This document shows positions 1-9,068 of a stretch of DNA of 64,000 nucleotides, piece after piece (the first letter of the stretch is position 1; the number at the start of each line of letters is the position of its first letter). The stretch covers positions 2,370-66,369 of the forward strand of contig SHWP01000011.1 of assembly GCA_009693785.1 (NCBI GenBank), in the 5' to 3' direction. The notes beneath the pieces were generated by a model, which ran no database searches, had not been told where the DNA came from, and saw only the letters and a list, made by a program, of their open reading frames with translations. Origin of the DNA: Rhodospirillaceae bacterium (GTDB lineage: Bacteria; Pseudomonadota; Alphaproteobacteria; Rhodospirillales; Rhodospirillaceae). Both the position numbers and the translations under genes were made by a program.

Positions 1-586
1 ACATTATTGCGTGGCTAATCAACACCTAACCGCAATATAGTTAATTTCCCGAGTCGATTCAAGAATCTCAATGGGTTAGCAATCTCACCCACAGCCTGCT
101 CCCATAACGGCACCTTAAAACAGGCTTATTTGAAGCCAGTTTTGGCCTACTGGAATAATCAATTGTACCCAAGGCCGTGGCAGACTATTTTCCAAGTGAC
201 CGGTTTTTGGAAATCGCAGGCAATTCGGCCTTTCTGCGTGAGGCCATTGAAATAAAAAGAAATTTGCCGCCTGCCCGAAGCAAACACCGGTCGCGAGAAG
301 CAAGATGCCTCCCTGTGCGGTGCAAGATGTTGCGCTGAGCGGTCGGCAAGAACCCATCGGGGGACTGGCGCAGTGCAATTCAGCGTCCAACACATAACGG
401 CCCAAGTCAGCCTGCCAGCGTATCCGGCAGCGCAGCCGTTTGGCGCATTTTCACACGAGGCACGCGGCTTGGCCGCGGGCGACGCCATGTCTCCTTTATC
501 ATTTCAACACACAAACAATGCGGCCCTCGGCGCACGCGCGCCCTCATGCGTTCGGTTGGAACGCGGCCGTCGGAGAAGTAATCGCT
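1..586 (+). promoter_or_regulatory. Long non-coding region upstream of rne (promoter plus probable long structured 5' UTR)
   Basis: There is no convincing ORF here. The 440..586 extension of the rne ORF has no RNase E-like sequence. RNase E genes are known to have long autoregulatory leaders. Confidence 0.35.
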
Positions 587-3500
587 ATGGTCAAACGGAT
601 GCTGATCGACGCCACGCATCCCGAGGAAACTCGGGTGGTGGTTCTGGACGGAACGCGGCTTGAAGAGTTCGACGTCGAGACGTCGACCAAGAAGCAGAAT
701 AAAGGCAATATTTATCTAGCTAAGGTGGTTCGGGTCGAACCGTCGCTGCAAGCGGCGTTTGTCGACTACGGCGGCAACCGCCACGGCTTCCTCGCCTTTA
801 GCGAAATCCACCCCGACTATTACCAAATCCCCGTTGCCGACCGCGAACGGCTGCTGGCCGAAGTTCAGCGCCATGAACGCCACGACGATGACGATGGCGG
901 TTCGCACTCGGAAGCCAACCACCCTACGCCCGACCAACCCGAGCAGCCCGATGCCACGCCCGAGGGTGACACAGCCGGTGATGACGCCGCCACCGGTGAC
1001 ACTGGGCACGACAACGGCGGATATAGCGAAAGCAATCCGGGCGATGCCAGCGCGGCGTTGCCGCTGAGCTACTCGACAGCAAGCGTATCGTCCGAACCAA
1101 TCCCGCAGGATGCGGCCCCCGAACCTGTCAACGATGCCCCGGTCGAACCGGCTCAGCTCGAGCAAAGCCCATTCGTGCCCGCCGATGCCGCGCCGGTTGG
1201 CGATGGTGTTGAGGCGCTGGCGTCTGACAACAGCTCTAATATCGACGCAGCCGCATCCAACGAGTCCTTCGCGGCCGACATTGCCTCCAACAGCGACCTT
1301 CCCCAGGGCGAATCCACATCTGCGTCTGAACCCAGCGAGGATGTAGGTGCGCGCGGCTCTCAAGTCGAGGATGCTCCGGTCGAAGAGCGCCCCGTCGACA
1401 TCGTGGGCGGTGGCGAGGAAAACGAGGGCGATGACGCCGAAGACGCCGACGAAGATGAAGACAGCAAGCGCCGCCGCCGGTTCCTCGCCTCGCGCCATTA
1501 CAAAATCCAAGAAGTCATCAAGCGCCGCCAGATCATGCTGGTGCAAGTGGTCAAGGAAGAGCGCGGCAACAAGGGCGCGGCACTCACTACTTATTTATCG
1601 CTGGCAGGCCGCTATTGCGTGTTGATGCCCAATTCCTCGCGCGGCGGCGGTGTGTCGCGCAAGATCACCAACGCCACCGACCGGCGCCGCCTGAAGTCGA
1701 TCATGGCCGAGTTGGATCCGCCTAAGACGGCGGCGGTGATTCTGCGCACGGCGGGCGCCGAGCGCAGCAAGCCCGAAATCACGCGCGACTATGAATATTT
1801 GATGCGCACGTGGGATGTGATCCGCGAGAACACGCTGCAATCGCGCGCACCGGCGCTGATTCACGAAGAAGGCAACCTGATCAAGCGGGCAATCCGCGAT
1901 GTCTATTCCAAGGATATCGAGGATATCCTGGTGGAAGGCGCGGAAGGCTACAAGACCGCCAAAGACTTCATGCGGATGCTGACTCCCAGCCATTCGAAAA
2001 AAGTTCAACTCTACGACGACGGCAACATATCTCTATTCCAACGGTATCAGGTCGAAACACAGCTTGAGGCCATTAATACGCCCGTCGTGCAGTTGCGCTC
2101 GGGCGGCTCAATCGTGTTCGGCCAGACCGAGGCCTTGGTCGCCATCGACGTGAACTCGGGCCGCGCCACGCGCGAACGCCATATCGAGGAAACGGCGCTT
2201 AGAACCAATATCGAGGCCGCCGATGAGATTGCCCGGCAACTGCGCCTGCGCGACTTGGCGGGCCTGGTGGTCATCGACTTCATCGATATGGAAGAAAACC
2301 GCAATAACCACGCGGTCGAACGCCGGTTGAAGGAAGCACTGAAGCTCGACCGCGCGCGCATTCAAGTGGGCCGCATCAGCCACTTTGGCTTGCTCGAACT
2401 CTCGCGTCAGCGCCTGCGCCCCAGCCTGATCGAGACTAACTTCCGCCCGTGCGATCATTGCGCCGGAACCGGGTTGATCCGCTCGACGGAATCCTCGTCC
2501 ATCTACGCCCTGCGCATGATCGAGGAAGAAGGCATCCGCCGCCGCTCAAGCGAGTTGACCGTCACGGTGCACCCCGATGTCGCGCTTTACCTGCTCAACT
2601 ATAAGCGCGAGCAATTGGCGACGTTGGAAGCCCGCTATGGCCTGCGTATCTTCGTGCTGGGCGATCCGGTGCTGGTGCAACCCAACTTGCGCATCGACCG
2701 CGTGAAAGCCACACGGCCCATGGCCGAGGATGTGACCGCGCAAGCGCCGCAAGCCCTGCCCGCCCCAACGTCTGAACCCATCGCAGAGCCGGAAGACGAG
2801 ATTATCCCCGAGGACGACGTCCCCCCTGTAGAAGTAGCCGCCACAGCCGAGCCCGCGCGCAACTTAGAGGGCGACCGTGGCCCTCGCAGTGATCACGATG
2901 GCGAGCGTAACCGCGGCGGCCGCGGACGCCGCCGACGCCGTCGTGGCCGACGCGACGGACGGGATGGACATCGCGATCATGCAACCGGCGGACATGCCGG
3001 TGATCAATCTGGAGAAACCCCAAGCGCGGCATCAGCACCGAATAGCCCTGAGCAAAACGCTGAAACTGGCCCTGTCATCGCCCATGAGAGCGGCGAGACT
3101 CAAGGTGTTGCAGGTGAACCGGGCCACGCAGGCGAGCAAGGCCGCGAGGATCGCGGTGCACGCCGCCACCACCGTGGCCGACGGGGCGGACGCCGCCGCC
3201 GCCGCGAATTTGGCGACCAACAAGGCCCGGCCCAACAGGGCGATGGCTCGTTGACGCCTAACGATCAAGTCACCAACGACGTCTTTAATACCAACCGTGC
3301 GAACGAAGGACGCATGGAGGCCACGGAACCGCCCGTGTCCAGAGATGGTGCGGCCACGGAAGACGCACAACCCCGCAAGCGCGGCTTCTTCAGCGCGATC
3401 AAAGAGACCGCGCTGTCGTGGACACGGAGTGAACCCACTGATGTGGCCGAGCCGCGCCCAATTGTGGCACCGCCTCCGGCACCCGTGCCAGTTACTCCGC

Positions 3501-3616
3501 CACCGCCGCCACCACGCGTGGTTGAGCCTCCTCGCCCGGCTCCGCCGCCACCTGTGGTCGACGAACCGCCAGCAGGCCCGCCGAAACGGGGCTGGTGGAG
3601 TCAACCAAAAGAATAA
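587..3616 (+). CDS. rne: Ribonuclease E
   Basis: The ATG at 587 gives MVKRMLIDATHPEETRVVVLDG, a typical RNase E/G N-terminus. The S1 and catalytic core are present (AVILRTAGAERSKPE, VAIDVNSGR, LVVIDFIDME, CxxCxGxG). There is an acidic low-complexity insert and an Arg/Pro-rich C-terminal tail. Confidence 0.9.
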   Translation: MVKRMLIDATHPEETRVVVLDGTRLEEFDVETSTKKQNKGNIYLAKVVRVEPSLQAAFVDYGGNRHGFLAFSEIHPDYYQIPVADRERLLAEVQRHERHDDDDGGSHSEANHPTPDQPEQPDATPEGDTAGDDAATGDTGHDNGGYSESNPGDASAALPLSYSTASVSSEPIPQDAAPEPVNDAPVEPAQLEQSPFVPADAAPVGDGVEALASDNSSNIDAAASNESFAADIASNSDLPQGESTSASEPSEDVGARGSQVEDAPVEERPVDIVGGGEENEGDDAEDADEDEDSKRRRRFLASRHYKIQEVIKRRQIMLVQVVKEERGNKGAALTTYLSLAGRYCVLMPNSSRGGGVSRKITNATDRRRLKSIMAELDPPKTAAVILRTAGAERSKPEITRDYEYLMRTWDVIRENTLQSRAPALIHEEGNLIKRAIRDVYSKDIEDILVEGAEGYKTAKDFMRMLTPSHSKKVQLYDDGNISLFQRYQVETQLEAINTPVVQLRSGGSIVFGQTEALVAIDVNSGRATRERHIEETALRTNIEAADEIARQLRLRDLAGLVVIDFIDMEENRNNHAVERRLKEALKLDRARIQVGRISHFGLLELSRQRLRPSLIETNFRPCDHCAGTGLIRSTESSSIYALRMIEEEGIRRRSSELTVTVHPDVALYLLNYKREQLATLEARYGLRIFVLGDPVLVQPNLRIDRVKATRPMAEDVTAQAPQALPAPTSEPIAEPEDEIIPEDDVPPVEVAATAEPARNLEGDRGPRSDHDGERNRGGRGRRRRRRGRRDGRDGHRDHATGGHAGDQSGETPSAASAPNSPEQNAETGPVIAHESGETQGVAGEPGHAGEQGREDRGARRHHRGRRGGRRRRREFGDQQGPAQQGDGSLTPNDQVTNDVFNTNRANEGRMEATEPPVSRDGAATEDAQPRKRGFFSAIKETALSWTRSEPTDVAEPRPIVAPPPAPVPVTPPPPPPRVVEPPRPAPPPPVVDEPPAGPPKRGWWSQPKE

Positions 3617-3627
3617 TTAAAATAAAA

Positions 3628-3671
3628 ACATCGCCGCACGGATTTTCACCGGGCGGCGATGTGGTTTTGTG
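3628..3671. terminator. Bidirectional rho-independent terminator between rne and the repeat-protein gene
   Basis: The stem ACATCGCCGC (3628-3637) pairs with GCGGCGATGT (3653-3662). It is flanked by an A-run upstream and GGTTTTGTG downstream, and it lies between convergent stop codons. Confidence 0.6.
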
Positions 3672-3677
3672 AGCCTA

Positions 3678-6600
3678 TTATATGGTCAGCGCGACTTGTT
3701 GCGTCGTGGTCATCAGTGCGAGCTGAGCGCCCGTGAAGGCTGCGGCCTGCAAATCGTTTAGCGCCACCAAACCTGTCGCCGACAGCGATGGGATTTGTGC
3801 CGCCGTGATGAACGGAATATCAACGACTTCCAGGCCCGTGTATTGCGTCGTCGTCATGCCGCCAATCTGAGCCGTGGTGAGCTCGGCGATTTGCTGCCCG
3901 GTCAGCGCCTTGATCTGGCCCGAGGTTAGCCCGCTAAACTGCACGGTCGTCAGGGCAACGATATTCGTCGTGCTCAGGCTGACAATCTGCGGCGCCGTCA
4001 ACGCGCTAATTTGCGTCGGCGTCAAAATGCTGATTTGCGTCGTGGTCAAAATCGCGATGTTGGTGACGCTAATAATCCCAATCTGGGTCGTCGACAGGCC
4101 GCCCATCTGTAATGTGGTCAGCGCATCGAACTGTCTCGTGCTTAGCAAATGGACCTGATCTTGGGTTAAGCCGGCGATTTGCGATGTCGACAGCGACCCA
4201 ATGTTAACTGTGCTAATGGCGGCCACTTGGGTGGTGGTTAAAGCGGTAATTTGCGCCGAAGTTAGGCCCGTCAACTGCACTGTGCTGATTGCAGCGATGT
4301 TGGTCGTGCTGAGTCCTTTGACTTGAGTCGTCGTCAAGCTTCCAAGCTGCGTGGTCGTGACGACAGCAAATTGCGGCGAAGTGAGCGCGTTCAGTTGAGT
4401 CGACGTCAATGCGACGATTTGCGCCGTCGATAAATTGACAATCTGCGTCGTTGATAACGAGGTCACTTGGGGCGTCGTTAAGACCGCCACTTGAGTGGAC
4501 GTCAAGCCGCTCAACTGTATCGTGGATAGGTTGACGATACTGGTGGTGCTGAGGCTGACCACTTGCGGCGCGGTCAACGCCCCCAATTGGCTCGACGAAA
4601 TACCGCTCAGTTGAACCGTTGTCATCGCCGCAATGTTCGTGACGGTGAACCCCTTGATTTGGAGTGTGGTCAAAGCGCCCAGTTGAACGGTTGAAAGTGA
4701 GGCGAACTGCGCGGTATTGAGCGCATCGAGTTGGTCCGATGACAAACCGCCAATCTGCGCTGTCGTGAGGCTGCCGATTTGGCTGGTATCCAGCGCGACC
4801 ACCTGTTGTGCCGAGAGCACGCCAAGTTGCGTCGCGCTCAGACCGGTCAATTGCGCGGTCGTGATGACCGTGACATTGGTGACGCTCAGCCCTTTGATCT
4901 GGGTCGTGCTCAAGGTCGCCAATTGAACGGTTGATAATGCGCTGAGCTGCGTGGTCGTCAGCGCGCCGACTTGTGCCGAGGTGAGCGCGTTGATTTGGGT
5001 GGCCGTCAGCCCGCCGATTTGCATCGTCGTCAGGGCTGCGAAATTCGTGGTACTCAGGCCCGTCAATTGCGAAGTGGTGATTCCGGCAAACTGGGTTGGC
5101 GTTAGATCGCCAATGCTGGTGGTGGACAACGCGCTCAACTGAGTGTTGGACAGGACAGCAATTTGGATCGCAAGCAGCCCTGCCAACTGCGCGGTCGTCA
5201 TGGCCGCTAGGTTGGTGGTGTTAAGGCCCTTTACTTGAGTTGTCGTCAAACTGCCCAATTGGATCGTCGTAAACGACAAAAACTGCGTGTTGGTTAGAAC
5301 ACCCAGTTGCGCGGCCGTGAGGCCATCGACTTGCGCTGTGGTCAGGCCCCCGACATGAGCCGACGTGAGCGCCGTGACTTGTGTCGTGGACATCGCGCCC
5401 AACTGAGCCGAGGTCAAGCCAGTGAACTGCGCCACCAAAAGCGCGGCAATATTGGTGGTTGTCAGGCTCTTGACCTGGGTCGTGGTCATATTGCCCAACT
5501 GAACCGTCGACAACGCCGATAGTTGTGTCGTCGTCAGAACGCCAACCTGCGTAGCCGTGAGCGCTTTAACTTGGGTTGTCGTGAGTCCGCTGACTTGCAG
5601 CGTGGTCAAAATGATAAAATTCGTGGTGGTCAACGCAGCGAGTTGCGCGTTCGTGAGGCCGCCCAATTGCGTCGTAGTCAAACCCGCCAGGTTGGTGGCG
5701 TTGAACGCGTTCACCTGAACGGTCGTCAGCGCGCTGATTTGAGTTGTATTGAGACCTCTAAGCTGAATTGTCGACAGCGCCGTGATGTTGGCGGTGGTCA
5801 GACTCTTAACCTGAGTCGCCGTAAAAGTACCAAGCTGGACCGTGGTCAACGCCGAAAACTGAGTGGTATTCAGCACGCTCAATTGCGTGGCGGCTAAGCC
5901 CTTCACTTGTGTTGTCGACAGATTACCCAACTGGGCCGTGGTAAAGGCCGTGATTTGGGTCGATGTAAATGCGGCAATGTGCGTCGAGGACATGCCGGTG
6001 AATTGCGACGTGGTCAGCGCGGCGACATTGGTGGTCGTCAAGCCCTTGAGTTGGGTCGATGTCATGTTGCCCAACTGTAACGTGGTCAGCGCGCTGAGTT
6101 GTGTGGTGGTGAACGCGCCGATCTGCGTTGAGGCAAATCCGCGGACTTGAGTTGTGGTCAATCCGCCAAGTTGCAACGTAGTAATGGCCGACACGTTGGT
6201 TGAATTCAATCCCGCCAGCTGCGTTTTCGTCAGCCCGCCGAGTTGAACGGTCGATAGGTTGGCGATTGCTGTTGTGTTGAATGCATTGAGCTGGGTCGCT
6301 GATAGGTTGTTGATTTGGGTTGTGCTGAGATCCGAGAGCTGCGTGGTTGTCAGCACCGCCAGATCGGTTGTGTTGATACCACGAACCTGCTTGACGCTCA
6401 GGCCGCCCAGTTGAGTTGTGGTCAGCGCGCCAAATTGCGTTGATGTCAGAGCACCGATCTGCGCCGCCAAAAGCCCTTGGATCTGCGTTGTTGTCAGCGA
6501 ACCAATACTTGTCGTTGCCAAAGCGCTGATCTGCGTATTCGTCAATACGCCCAATTGTGAGGCGAGCAAGCCACTCAGTTGAACGGTCGTCAATGCCGCC

Positions 6601-7631
6601 ATGTTCGTGGTGCTGAGGCCCTTGATCTGTGTTGTCGACATGCCGCCCAGTTGGGTCGTCGACAGGCTGGCGAATTGACTGGCCGTCAATGCGCCCAATT
6701 GCGCTGCCGTGAGCGACCTGATTTGTGTCGTCGCGAACCCAGAAATATGAACCGTGGTCAGCGCGGCGACGTTGGTTGTGTTGATGCCTTTCAACTGCGT
6801 GTTGGTCAGATTGAAAAGCTGCGTCATGGTCAACTGTCCGATATTGGTCGTGCTGAGTGCGTTGAATTGGGTGGCGGTCAGCGCCCGAAGCTGTGTCGTC
6901 GCCAAACCGTTCAACTGCACGGTCGACAATGCGCCCACGTTGGTTGTGTTGACCGCCCCAATCTGAGCAGCGCTTAGGCTATTGAGCTGGGTCGTCGTGA
7001 GATTGGTCACGCTGGTGGTGGTCAGGGCATTGAACTGTCCGGCCGTAAGCGCAGCCAGTTGTGTTGTCACCAGTCCGCGTAGCTGAACTGTTGTGAACAC
7101 GGCGATATTGATTGTGGTCAATCCCGCGATTTGCGCCGCGATAAGGCTTCCCAACTGCACCGTCGTCAGCGCCGTGAAATTGCTGGTGGTCAACGCGCCA
7201 ATTTGTGCCGCGGTGAGGCCATCAATTTGAGTGATCGTGAGCCCGGCGATATTCGTTGTCGTTACGGCGTTAACTTGCGTCGTCGTCAGGCTGCCGATTT
7301 GCGCTGAAGTCAAACCACCCAGTTGGGTTGTCGATAACGCGCCCATGACGGTGGTGCTGAGCGCTTTGAGCTGCGTAGCCGAGAGAATTCCAAGCTGCGT
7401 TGTCGTCAACGCGCTGAGCTGCGTCGTGTTAAGAACCGCCAGTCCCGTGGTGTTGAGCCCCTTGACCTGTGTGGTCGAGAACGTGCCGAGTTGAACCGTG
7501 GTCAATGCGCTGAATTGGCCTGCCAGCAGATAGCTAAGTTCGACAGGTTCAAACGCCGCGATCTGCGTTGTCGTAAACGCAGCAAGCTGCGTCGTCGTCA
7601 GCCCCTGAATAAACGTTTGCGACAAAGCCAT
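3678..7631 (-). CDS. Giant octapeptide-repeat protein (163 in-register 8-aa units, consensus L-[TS]-T-x-Q-[LIV]-x-[GAS]); family unknown
   Basis: This is a single 1317-codon ORF. The whole translation parses into 8-residue units. The plus-strand ORFs inside it are repeat shadows. Confidence 0.75.
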   Translation of the reverse strand: MALSQTFIQGLTTTQLAAFTTTQIAAFEPVELSYLLAGQFSALTTVQLGTFSTTQVKGLNTTGLAVLNTTQLSALTTTQLGILSATQLKALSTTVMGALSTTQLGGLTSAQIGSLTTTQVNAVTTTNIAGLTITQIDGLTAAQIGALTTSNFTALTTVQLGSLIAAQIAGLTTINIAVFTTVQLRGLVTTQLAALTAGQFNALTTTSVTNLTTTQLNSLSAAQIGAVNTTNVGALSTVQLNGLATTQLRALTATQFNALSTTNIGQLTMTQLFNLTNTQLKGINTTNVAALTTVHISGFATTQIRSLTAAQLGALTASQFASLSTTQLGGMSTTQIKGLSTTNMAALTTVQLSGLLASQLGVLTNTQISALATTSIGSLTTTQIQGLLAAQIGALTSTQFGALTTTQLGGLSVKQVRGINTTDLAVLTTTQLSDLSTTQINNLSATQLNAFNTTAIANLSTVQLGGLTKTQLAGLNSTNVSAITTLQLGGLTTTQVRGFASTQIGAFTTTQLSALTTLQLGNMTSTQLKGLTTTNVAALTTSQFTGMSSTHIAAFTSTQITAFTTAQLGNLSTTQVKGLAATQLSVLNTTQFSALTTVQLGTFTATQVKSLTTANITALSTIQLRGLNTTQISALTTVQVNAFNATNLAGLTTTQLGGLTNAQLAALTTTNFIILTTLQVSGLTTTQVKALTATQVGVLTTTQLSALSTVQLGNMTTTQVKSLTTTNIAALLVAQFTGLTSAQLGAMSTTQVTALTSAHVGGLTTAQVDGLTAAQLGVLTNTQFLSFTTIQLGSLTTTQVKGLNTTNLAAMTTAQLAGLLAIQIAVLSNTQLSALSTTSIGDLTPTQFAGITTSQLTGLSTTNFAALTTMQIGGLTATQINALTSAQVGALTTTQLSALSTVQLATLSTTQIKGLSVTNVTVITTAQLTGLSATQLGVLSAQQVVALDTSQIGSLTTAQIGGLSSDQLDALNTAQFASLSTVQLGALTTLQIKGFTVTNIAAMTTVQLSGISSSQLGALTAPQVVSLSTTSIVNLSTIQLSGLTSTQVAVLTTPQVTSLSTTQIVNLSTAQIVALTSTQLNALTSPQFAVVTTTQLGSLTTTQVKGLSTTNIAAISTVQLTGLTSAQITALTTTQVAAISTVNIGSLSTSQIAGLTQDQVHLLSTRQFDALTTLQMGGLSTTQIGIISVTNIAILTTTQISILTPTQISALTAPQIVSLSTTNIVALTTVQFSGLTSGQIKALTGQQIAELTTAQIGGMTTTQYTGLEVVDIPFITAAQIPSLSATGLVALNDLQAAAFTGAQLALMTTTQQVALTI

Positions 7632-7913
7632 TGCGGTTCACTCTGGCCGGACAGTGCTGATTGCACTGTTCAGCGTTGCTCGCAGAGGGCCTGCCAAATC
7701 GAAAAATTTTCCGACGTTCGACGGGAACCTGGAGGTTAAAAGTGGGGCACCTCTGCGAACATCAAACTATTGGCCGATTAGATTAAGAAAGGGTTGCAGA
7801 ACGGCGTATTTTTGCGGTTTTTGAAAATAAGATAAACTATTGATATATAATGATATTTTTAAATTAAAACTGACAGCTACGACGACCATGACCGCCCCCG
7901 GCGTAAGGAGCGC

Positions 7914-9068
7914 TTAACCCGCCTTCATCCAGGCCCCGATCCGGTTACAAGCCTCGGCGATTTCCCCCTCTGAAACGGCATAGGACAGCCGCATCCAATC
8001 CCGTCCGTGAACCGGGTCGAAGTCGAGACCAGGAGTAACCGCCACGCCCGCCTCATGGAGAATCTTCCGGCACACCTCGGGGGATCCCAAACCCAGGTGC
8101 GCGACATGGACATAGAAATAAAACGCGCCATCGGGCGGTGAGAATTTCGGAAAACCAATTTCAGGCAAACGGCGCAGGAGCACCTCGCGGTTGCGCGCAT
8201 AAATGGCAACATTGGCTTCCAACTCATCGATGCAATCGAATGCTGCGAGTGCAGCGTGCTGTGATGCTGCCGGCGGCGAGATGTACAAATTCTGCGCCAA
8301 GCACTCGACCGAGCGGTATAAATCGTCGGGCACGACCATCCAGCCCACGCGCCAGCCCGTCATGCTGAAGTATTTCGAGAAACTGTTGATGACGATGGCC
8401 GAGGGCGACAACTCAATCGCGGTCACGGCATCCATGCCAAAAGTGATGCCATGGTAGATTTCATCCGAGATCAACCGGATACCGTGTTCATGGCAATAGT
8501 TGACCAGCTCGTGAAATACACCGGGCTCGATCATTGAGCCGGTGGGGTTGGCGGGACTGGCGATAATCACGCCATCGGGTAGCGACGGGAGGTTTTTGAG
8601 ATGATCGACCGAAATATTGAAACGCGAGGCGGCATCGACCGGGATCAGATCAACCTGAATGCCATAGGCCCCCAGGATATGCCGGTACGATGGATAACCA
8701 GGCGCGGCCACGGCCACGCGGTCCCCCGCATCGAAAGCTGCGAGGAACGCCAAGGTGAAAGCCGCCGATGAGCCTGTGGTGATAAACACCCGGTCGGGGC
8801 GAACCGCCACGGCATAAGCGTCGTCGTAATAGCGCGCGATACGTTCGCGCAAACTCAAAATACCATCGGCCACGGTGTAACCGAGTTTGTCTTGACCAAT
8901 CAAAGACGCAACTTTCCGCGCGGCGGCCTGTGGCATACCCGTCGAGGGCTGACCTACTTCAAGATGCACGATCGAACGGCCTTGGGCTTCAAGGGCAGCG
9001 GCGTCACGCATCACATCCATGACGATAAAGGGCGGTACTGCGCCGCGTTGCGATGATTTCAAACTCAC
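7914..9068 (-). CDS. PLP-dependent aminotransferase (class I/II)
   Basis: The 384-aa product has a typical aminotransferase layout, including the SFSKYFSMTGWRVGW lysine motif and a start of GAVPPFIVMDVMRDA. Confidence 0.85.
   Translation of the reverse strand: MSLKSSQRGAVPPFIVMDVMRDAAALEAQGRSIVHLEVGQPSTGMPQAAARKVASLIGQDKLGYTVADGILSLRERIARYYDDAYAVAVRPDRVFITTGSSAAFTLAFLAAFDAGDRVAVAAPGYPSYRHILGAYGIQVDLIPVDAASRFNISVDHLKNLPSLPDGVIIASPANPTGSMIEPGVFHELVNYCHEHGIRLISDEIYHGITFGMDAVTAIELSPSAIVINSFSKYFSMTGWRVGWMVVPDDLYRSVECLAQNLYISPPAASQHAALAAFDCIDELEANVAIYARNREVLLRRLPEIGFPKFSPPDGAFYFYVHVAHLGLGSPEVCRKILHEAGVAVTPGLDFDPVHGRDWMRLSYAVSEGEIAEACNRIGAWMKAG

Noticed and set aside
440-586. N-terminal extensions of track ORFs (rne 440..586; nrdJ 20850..21002; serA 30009..30209; sufU 55975..56124; GGT-like 10256..10483)
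   Set aside because: The extensions have no family-like sequence. Internal ATG starts reproduce canonical N-termini, signal peptides or ATGA coupling with the upstream gene.
3678-7631. Possible CRISPR array or simple tandem DNA repeat, because of the 24-bp periodicity
   Set aside because: The units are contiguous, with no spacers, are diverged at the DNA level and stay in one reading frame. The periodicity is at the protein level.
3874-7739. Many plus-strand ORFs inside the repeat gene (Cys/Val-rich VVSA..CVVV.. or Arg/Gln-rich products)
   Set aside because: They are periodic shadows of the 24-bp coding repeat on the opposite strand. They are short and fragmented in several frames, whereas the minus strand has one uninterrupted 1317-codon ORF.
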